Assembly: GCA_016875025.1 (NCBI GenBank)
Contig: VGSH01000002.1
Location: 1-58,954, forward strand
From: Deltaproteobacteria bacterium
Lineage (GTDB): Bacteria; Desulfobacterota; WTBG01; CAIYCZ01; CAIRTM01
Direction: 5' to 3'
Length of the DNA stretch: 58,954 nucleotides
Shown here: one piece after another, positions 53,181 through 58,954 of the stretch
Numbering within the stretch: the first letter of the stretch is position 1
How the letters are laid out: every line of letters starts with the position of its first letter
Made by a program: the position numbers and the translations under genes
Notes under the pieces: model-generated
Databases searched by the model: none
What the model was told of the DNA's origin: nothing
The model's input: the letters and a program-made list of their open reading frames with translations, nothing else

Positions 53181-54485
53181 ATGCAGCAGACACACACGCT
53201 CATACTCGGGGCCGGTCTTGCAGGACTGTCGGCGGCGTATCATCTGGACGGGCATGAGTATCTGGTGATTGAAAAGAACAGCTCTCTCGGCGGCCTGTGC
53301 ACAAGCGAGGAAAAGCAGGGTTTTGTGTTTGATCAGACCGGGCACTGGCTGCACATGCGCGATGAGAACATGCAGCGGCTTGCTGCCGCGCTGCCGGGTC
53401 TGGACCGGGTCACAATTGAGCGCCGGGCCCATGTTTTTTCGCACAACACCATTACCTGCTACCCGTTTCAGTCGCACACCTTCGGCCTGCCCCCGCAGGT
53501 CATCAGAGAATGCGTGCTGGGCTTTATCCGCGCGCGATATGAAAGCGACCGCTCGCGGCCGCCGGCAAACTTTTACGAGTGGTGCATGGCCAACCTCGGC
53601 GAGGGCATTTCCCGCCATTTCATGATTCCCTACAATTCAAAGCTCTATACCGTGCATCCGCGGGAGTTCGCCTGCCACTGGTGCGATACCTATATACCGG
53701 TGCCGACCATCGAACAGGTCGTGGACGGCGCGCTTACCGATCCTGAGCATGACAGCGCAGGCTATAATGCGACCTTCAGCTACCCGCGCAGCGGCGGCAT
53801 CGGAGCGCTGCCGGAGGCTCTTTTCAGCCTGTGCCAGCCGGAGCGTTTTTTGTTTAATGTGCATCCTGTTGCCATCGATATGCAGCGCAGGATTGCGCGC
53901 CTTGCGAGCGGCGATGAGATCGCTTTCAAGACGCTGATCAGTACCATTCCCCTGCGGGATTTTCTGCAGCTTGTGCGCTGTGGCGGGTCCGACCGGCTGC
54001 ATGAGGCTGCCGGCCGCATGAAAATAGCATCGGTCAGCTATTATAATGCCGCTTTTAAAACAGCGCCCGCGCATCCGGGTCACTGGTTCTACATTCCCGA
54101 AGAGCGCTTCATGCCCTGCAGGGTCGGTTTCTACAGCAATGTGCATGAGGGCATGGTCCCTCCGGGGTGCTCGTCGGCCTATATAGAATACACGCATCAG
54201 GGCCCCCTTGCCGATGAGGGCGCCTTCAGGAGCGCAAGCGTGGAGCTGCTGCTGCAGATGGGCCTTTTTGCAAGCGCCGATGATATATTGTTCATGGACT
54301 ACCGCCTGATTGAAAACGGTTACGTCATCTTCCACCGGGAGTATCCCGAGGATATGCAGATGATCGAGCGTTGGTGCCGGGAAAGCGGTGTTGTGCTTGC
54401 CGGCCGCTACGGCCGCTGGGTTTATTCTGCCATGGAGGATGCCGTGCTGGACGGCATGCGCGCGGCTGAAACGGTGCGGGGCTGA
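53181..54485 (+). CDS. FAD-dependent oxidoreductase (amine-oxidase / UDP-galactopyranose-mutase / protoporphyrinogen-oxidase-like fold)
   Basis: Dinucleotide-binding start LILGAGLAGLSAAYHL...VIEKNSSLGGL and C-terminal LAGRYGRWVYSAMEDAV. Subfamily cannot be decided by eye. Confidence 0.7.
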   Translation: MQQTHTLILGAGLAGLSAAYHLDGHEYLVIEKNSSLGGLCTSEEKQGFVFDQTGHWLHMRDENMQRLAAALPGLDRVTIERRAHVFSHNTITCYPFQSHTFGLPPQVIRECVLGFIRARYESDRSRPPANFYEWCMANLGEGISRHFMIPYNSKLYTVHPREFACHWCDTYIPVPTIEQVVDGALTDPEHDSAGYNATFSYPRSGGIGALPEALFSLCQPERFLFNVHPVAIDMQRRIARLASGDEIAFKTLISTIPLRDFLQLVRCGGSDRLHEAAGRMKIASVSYYNAAFKTAPAHPGHWFYIPEERFMPCRVGFYSNVHEGMVPPGCSSAYIEYTHQGPLADEGAFRSASVELLLQMGLFASADDILFMDYRLIENGYVIFHREYPEDMQMIERWCRESGVVLAGRYGRWVYSAMEDAVLDGMRAAETVRG

Positions 54486-54544
54486 GAGCGCATGCCAGCG
54501 CTGCTTTGCTCAGGAACCGGGGTTGTTTTTTACAGGATTGACGT

Positions 54545-56797
54545 ATGCGTCGTTCGTATCTTGTGCTGACAGCGCTGGTAGCGCTTTATTGCCTGTCGCG
54601 GCTGGCTGTTGTTTATTACGGCTATTCGCACATATCCCATCCGTATTTTGACGAGCCCGTATCAGGCACCCTGACCTATGACCTGCTGCAGGGAGGCCTG
54701 CGCGCTCCGCTCATGGCCTATCAGTATGAGCAGCGCTCGGGCGACATGATGATCGAGGCCCTGCTGATGTATCCGCTGGCCGCCCTTTTCGGTCACTCCA
54801 TGTTCACGATCAAGCTGTTTGCCCTGCTGTGCTCGCTTGCGTGCATGCTTGGCTGGGTGTACCTCATCAACCGCTATTTCGGCATGACGGCCGCGCTCCT
54901 GTTTGCCGCCCTGTTTGCCCTGCCTCCGCCCATGTTCGTCCGCCTGGGCCTGGTCGGAACGTTCAGCTCGCATCATATGATCAATCAGATTCTGATCGTG
55001 CAGCTGATATGCCTGTTTCGCATGCTTGAAAAAAATGACAGGCCTGTCCCGCTCCTGCTGTGGCTGGTCTTCGGCCTGTGCGCGGGTTTGGGAACGTATG
55101 CGTTTTACAGCTACATCATATTCAACGCGTTCTGCGCGCTGTTTGTGCTGTGCTGCATGCCGCGGATGATTTCTCTGCGGGGGCTCTGCGCTCTGTGCGC
55201 CGGAGGCCTTATCGGCTTTGCGCCCTGGCTGTGGCGTACGCTCTTTTACTCAAGCGGCGGAGGGAGCTTTCTTGCAGGGCTCTTTAAAAACATTTCTCTG
55301 TCGCCCTGGTCGTTTGTTCAGACTTTTTTCCATACGGTTCCGTACACACTCGGATACGGCTATCCCGGACGCGATATCGGCTTGGCCGGGGTCATCATTG
55401 CGCTTCTGTTGCTTGTCGCGATTGCCGGGAGCATACGCGCAGCGGTGCGTTCTCCCGGGGCGGTTAATGCCCTTTCATTGCATGGGCGATTTGAAGACAC
55501 AGTGCAGCCGCTGCGATTGTGCCTGTTTGTGACCCTGTTCCCTGTTTTTTTTCTTGTATGCCTGATGCTTTCGCCCATGCAGCTCAATCCGCTTGAGTAC
55601 TGGCCCACGATCGGCATATTCGCCAGTTTCGCGCCTGCCGATGTCATTCGCTGCCGCTGGGTAACGATCCTGTTTCCGTTTTATTTCGCTGTCGCGGCCC
55701 TTTGCCTGCGCTTGCTCTTCGGGCACGGGCGCTGGGCCGTGCGGGTCTGCACCGTGGCAGTCTGCCTTGCCGTCCTGACCCTCAATGGTGTGCATCTGAC
55801 GGGCATGCTGTCCCGCGAGGACGCCGGGAAAATTTTTCTGTACCAGGGCTATAATTTCGATCAGTATGCCAGCCGCCTGCTCCTGCCTTCAAGGTCATCC
55901 TCCCGTCTGACTACCGCTGAACGGATCGTCGCCGGCTATCCTGTTGAAAACAGCGAGGAGGCATGGCGGGCGCTCGGCACCAGGCTTTTTTTCGAGGCAG
56001 TCGCGCGCTCTGATGCCGAAGAGTACATCACGGGCTACGTTGAAGCGGCCCCCGGGCATCGGCGCGGCCCCCTTGGCTACGGCCTGCTCCGGGTTCTGCA
56101 CGGCATGCCGGAAAAGGCGGATGCGCCGTGGGTACGCGCGCTCGCCGAACGGTATCCGGACATTTTTTACAAAAACTGGGGCTGCCAGTTCCTCGGATAC
56201 ACCTACTATGGATTCATGCTGAATCGCGTCCGTCTGCTCGAATCACTAGCGGCTTCCGAACGCTTTTTTTTCAAGTCCTTTCTGGAAGAGTTACGGACCG
56301 GCCGTCGTGACGAATCCAACCGGCAGTTCGTCGACCGTGTGAGTGACCATGACGATCAAACGGTCGAGCGCCTTTTTATGCAGGATATTGCAGCTGTTCC
56401 TGAACGCTACCGGGGCCGTGCCGTGCAGGGCATCGGCCGGCTTGTGGGTGCGGAGATGCTTTTTGATACGCTGCATGTGCCGAACTACCCCCTCGACAGC
56501 AGCGTGGGTGAAAAATTTGATGATGATTTGAAGGCGTATTTTTATCGTGGGGTCGGCAACGGTTTCGCCGAAACGCTGTGCCGCTACTGGCGCAGGCTCA
56601 TGCCGCCCGACAGCCTCAGCTGCGACAGGTATGCACGCGGGCTTGAGATTGAATGGCAGCGCTGCTTAAGCCTGATGCAGCAGATGCCCGCTGAACGCTC
56701 CGACCTGATATGGGAAGGTTTCCTTGAGGAGCTCGAAGAGCGCGATCTGAACGAATCCATCCGGGCGTTTATCACCCGCAGACTTTCGATGCGGTAG
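54545..56797 (+). CDS. GT-C fold (ArnT/PMT family-39-like) membrane glycosyltransferase with large C-terminal soluble domain
   Basis: About 13 TM helices in the first 440 aa or so. Acidic first-loop motif YFDEP. C-terminal soluble domain of about 300 aa, helical. Confidence 0.6.
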   Translation: MRRSYLVLTALVALYCLSRLAVVYYGYSHISHPYFDEPVSGTLTYDLLQGGLRAPLMAYQYEQRSGDMMIEALLMYPLAALFGHSMFTIKLFALLCSLACMLGWVYLINRYFGMTAALLFAALFALPPPMFVRLGLVGTFSSHHMINQILIVQLICLFRMLEKNDRPVPLLLWLVFGLCAGLGTYAFYSYIIFNAFCALFVLCCMPRMISLRGLCALCAGGLIGFAPWLWRTLFYSSGGGSFLAGLFKNISLSPWSFVQTFFHTVPYTLGYGYPGRDIGLAGVIIALLLLVAIAGSIRAAVRSPGAVNALSLHGRFEDTVQPLRLCLFVTLFPVFFLVCLMLSPMQLNPLEYWPTIGIFASFAPADVIRCRWVTILFPFYFAVAALCLRLLFGHGRWAVRVCTVAVCLAVLTLNGVHLTGMLSREDAGKIFLYQGYNFDQYASRLLLPSRSSSRLTTAERIVAGYPVENSEEAWRALGTRLFFEAVARSDAEEYITGYVEAAPGHRRGPLGYGLLRVLHGMPEKADAPWVRALAERYPDIFYKNWGCQFLGYTYYGFMLNRVRLLESLAASERFFFKSFLEELRTGRRDESNRQFVDRVSDHDDQTVERLFMQDIAAVPERYRGRAVQGIGRLVGAEMLFDTLHVPNYPLDSSVGEKFDDDLKAYFYRGVGNGFAETLCRYWRRLMPPDSLSCDRYARGLEIEWQRCLSLMQQMPAERSDLIWEGFLEELEERDLNESIRAFITRRLSMR

Positions 56798-56802
56798 TTT
56801 TT

Positions 56803-56910
56803 ATCGCTTGCGAAATCGGGATTGCCAGCGGGGTCGTCCGTGTGCGGTCAGGGATTCGATTTCGATACCGATAACGATCCCGATCCCGTTTTTGTGAACC
56901 TTTAACCTTG
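56803..56910. repeat. Family-B repeat copy
   Basis: ATCGCTTGCGAAATCGGGATTGCC ... GGGATTCGATTTCGATACCGATAACGATCCCGATCCCG then TTTTTGTGAACCTTTAACC. Confidence 0.6.
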
Positions 56911-56940
56911 CCACATTCGTAAAAAGTCCCAGCTGTCAAC

Positions 56941-57000
56941 CTGAGCGAAGAGAAGAGTCTCCTAATATATTGGAAATACGAGATTCTTCGCTTTGCTCAG
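56941..57000. repeat. REP-like palindrome (FALLRMT-type)
   Basis: CTGAGCGAAGAG ... CTTCGCTTTGCTCAG inverted repeat. The sequence GAGATTCTTCGCTTTGCTCAGAATGACA is a widely dispersed bacterial repeat type. Confidence 0.55.
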
Positions 57001-57044
57001 AATGACAAAAAAGGCGGATTCAGACTTTTTACGACTTCATCAGC

Positions 57045-57075
57045 CTTGAACCCTAACCGAACTCCCAACTCATAG
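57045..57075. repeat. Family-C (CCGAACTCC/CCCAACTC) repeat copy
   Basis: CTTGAACCCTAACCGAACTCCCAACTCATAG. Related to 57986-58016 and 58716-58746. Confidence 0.5.
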
Positions 57076-57076
57076 A

Positions 57077-57775
57077 TCAGGCTCTGAAGCGGATGCGGAT
57101 TGTTTGCAGAAATGATTTCAAGGCTGCCTTGAAAAGCTTCCATTTTTTTATCGATACTTCGCCGGTCTGACGGTTGCTGTGGGGCACGGCGATGTTTTTT
57201 ACCGGGTGCCGGTTGAGAACAAATAAACCTGCTATGGCCACATTGGGCGCAAACGTATCGGGCGGGATGCGCTGCAGCAGCTGTGTGAGAATATCGCTGC
57301 GCATAAGCCGGAAGGGGCAGTTGACGTCCTGCACACCGCGGCCGTAGCACAGGCTGACGGCCATCCTTGAAATAAAGCTGACAATGCGTCTGGGCAGGGC
57401 CTGCTCACGGGCTGACCTGATGCCGAACACGGCTGCGCAGCCGCTGCGCTCCTGCCAGAGTTTTTGAAAATGTTCGGCCCGCATTTCATTGTCGCTGTCG
57501 ACCTGAAAGACCCACTCTGCGTTGGCCGCCGCCAGATGGTAGCCGGTCAGGATGGTAGGGCCGTGGCCCGAATTTTCCTTGTTAATGACGGTGACGGCCG
57601 GATCACCCTCATAGGCCGCAAGACGGTTCGCGGTTTTGTCGCGCGATCCGTCATTGAGAATCAGCAGATCGTAGGTAATCTGCAGATTGCCAAGGGCTGC
57701 TTTCCAGTCGTCGATAACGTCGCTGATGCAGGCTTCCTCATTATAAACCGGCATGACTACCGTGACATCTTTCAT
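57077..57775 (-). CDS. Family-2 glycosyltransferase (polyprenyl-phosphate sugar synthase, ArnC/GtrB/DPM1-like)
   Basis: VTVVMPVYNEE, ILNDGSRD, QVDSDNE. Start set at MKDV. Confidence 0.85.
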   Translation of the reverse strand: MKDVTVVMPVYNEEACISDVIDDWKAALGNLQITYDLLILNDGSRDKTANRLAAYEGDPAVTVINKENSGHGPTILTGYHLAAANAEWVFQVDSDNEMRAEHFQKLWQERSGCAAVFGIRSAREQALPRRIVSFISRMAVSLCYGRGVQDVNCPFRLMRSDILTQLLQRIPPDTFAPNVAIAGLFVLNRHPVKNIAVPHSNRQTGEVSIKKWKLFKAALKSFLQTIRIRFRA

Positions 57776-57895
57776 GGTGTATCCTTGCGTTAATATTTGC
57801 AGAAGGGCATGTTTGCGTGTCCTCAGCCTAACCGCTGACAACAATACGACGCTTCGTTCGCGGTGTCAAATGTTCAGCGCTGCAGGCACGGCGAT

Positions 57896-57965
57896 TATGA
57901 AATCGAAACCGATCCCGACCCCGAGTACAGTTTTTGAACCTTGAACTCTTGAACTCTTGAACGGG
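57896..57965. repeat. Family-B repeat copy with CTTGAAC tandem tail
   Basis: ATGAAATCGAAACCGATCCCGACCCCGAG..TTTTTGAACCTTGAACTCTTGAACTCTTGAACGGG. Confidence 0.55.
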
Positions 57966-57985
57966 CGAAAGTTTTTTCGCCTGCG

Positions 57986-58016
57986 CTCCGAACTCCAGTC
58001 TCCCAACTCCGAACTA
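57986..58016. repeat. Family-C repeat abutting the rdgB stop codon
   Basis: CTCCGAACTCCAGTCTCCCAACTCCGAACTA. An inverted partner lies at 58716-58746. Confidence 0.6.
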
Positions 58017-58625
58017 ACCGTCTGCCTGCAGGCTTTTCAGGAACTCCGGCAGCAGTTCCCTCAGGGCGGCTGCGGCCCGGCCGCGGTGGCTGAGGCTGTT
58101 TTTCTCTTTGGCCGGGAGCTCGGCGAACGTGCGGCCCGAGGGTTCATGCAGAAATACGGGGTCATAGCCGAACCCGCCGCTGCCGACAGGCGCTTCGGTA
58201 ATGCGGCCCCGGCACAGGCCCTGGACAACGAGTTCCCGGCCTCCCGGCGCGACAACTGCGATCACGCAGCGAAACTGCGCTCCGCGTTGCTCCGGCGGCG
58301 CACCGTGCAGACGCTCCAGCAGCAGCGCGATATTGCGCCCGTCGCTGCGCGGCTCACCCGCAAAGCGCGCTGAATAAATGCCGGGCGCCCCATTGAGCGC
58401 ATCCACTTCAAGACCCGAGTCATCGGCCATGGCAACGCAGCCGGTATGCGAACAGATTGCGCGGGCTTTTTTCAGGGCGTTTTCCTCGAAGCTGTCCCCG
58501 TCTTCGACAACGTCAGGGCAGCCCGGAAATGCGCTCAGCGGAACGATCGAAAAATTGTCAGCTGCGAGTATCTGCTGAAACTCTTTCAGCTTATGGGGGT
58601 TGGCGGTGGCGAGAACTATGTTCAT
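58014..58625 (-). CDS. rdgB: dITP/XTP pyrophosphatase (non-canonical purine NTP pyrophosphatase)
   Basis: VLATANPHKLKEF, ADDSGLEVDALNGAPGIYSAR, GFGYDPVF. Start set at MNIV. Confidence 0.93.
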   Translation of the reverse strand: MNIVLATANPHKLKEFQQILAADNFSIVPLSAFPGCPDVVEDGDSFEENALKKARAICSHTGCVAMADDSGLEVDALNGAPGIYSARFAGEPRSDGRNIALLLERLHGAPPEQRGAQFRCVIAVVAPGGRELVVQGLCRGRITEAPVGSGGFGYDPVFLHEPSGRTFAELPAKEKNSLSHRGRAAAALRELLPEFLKSLQADG

Positions 58626-58715
58626 GGTCGCAGGCTCGGTCAATGGTTAATGAGCGTTGTATCCCTGGTGCGCAGGCCCCGGAATTATAGGGCCGGGTGG
58701 TGGCAGTGTCAAGAA

Positions 58716-58746
58716 TAGTTCGGAGTCCGGAGATGGGAGTTGGGAG
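58716..58746. repeat. Family-C repeat, inverted copy upstream of rdgB
   Basis: TAGTTCGGAGTCCGGAGATGGGAGTTGGGAG, which is the reverse complement of CTCCCAACTCCCATCTCCGGACTCCGAACTA. Confidence 0.6.
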
Positions 58747-58882
58747 AAGAATGGCCGGTCCAACTGGTCCACGGCGTCCACAGTATCCACCCTTTTTTAC
58801 CCTAAATTTGTCACGCGCGGTGACGTTTTGCGCCGGTAAGTGCTGCACCATGCCTCTTTTTTGGAATATAATCACAGGTAAA

Positions 58883-58901
58883 CCCCCGGCTTTGCCGGGG
58901 G
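58883..58901 (-). terminator. GC hairpin, possible terminator of a minus-strand gene beyond the window end
   Basis: CCCCCGG cTTTG CCGGGGG. On the minus strand only TTT follows. Confidence 0.3.
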
Positions 58902-58954
58902 ACTCACAGAGTTTGACATTTGCGGGAATATAAGAAAACCTCCTGATTCGGTGA

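Overview
GC-rich (roughly 58-60% by eye) chromosomal segment. Gene content suggests an anaerobic Desulfobacterota/deltaproteobacterium-like organism (inference): futalosine menaquinone genes, an AOR-family oxidoreductase, a TIGR04073-like protein and the tmRNA tag ADDYNYALAA. I support about 55 CDS, one tmRNA (ssrA) and several families of short dispersed palindromic repeats that fill most intergenic gaps. I found no rRNA, tRNA, CRISPR array, transposase, integrase or recognisable defence system. Housekeeping genes: hrpB, uvrC, adk, rpe, rdgB, cls, thiolase/crotonase, class I DAHP synthase, mqnB/mqnD, and an Mla/Pqi-type MCE transporter. Signalling genes: 3 PilZ, 1 EAL, 2 HD/HD-GYP, one hybrid histidine kinase and one OmpR-type two-component pair. 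The most interesting candidates are two paralogous proteins that align by eye to ferredoxin-dependent bilin reductases (PcyA/HY2 fold), each wired to its own low-potential electron carrier. One sits behind an iron-sulfur flavoprotein gene (30438-31783). The other is fused to a 2x[4Fe-4S] ferredoxin domain and is followed by an aldehyde:ferredoxin-oxidoreductase-family gene (50048-53035). No heme oxygenase is present in the window. Other items worth a second look:
- a 7-TM protein with a lysine in the last helix, coupled to a secreted protein carrying a PCP-reductase-like tail
- a GT2 + two-sulfotransferase triple fusion
- a MITE-like element with 0, 1 or 3 copies of a 35-bp hairpin module, one copy abutting a truncated receiver domain
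- a homopolymer frameshift at the 3' end of hrpB
- an in-frame TAG just after a well-initiated start of an HD-domain gene
- a low-GC GIY-YIG gene beside ssrA
All homology statements are by-eye motif recognition without database searches.
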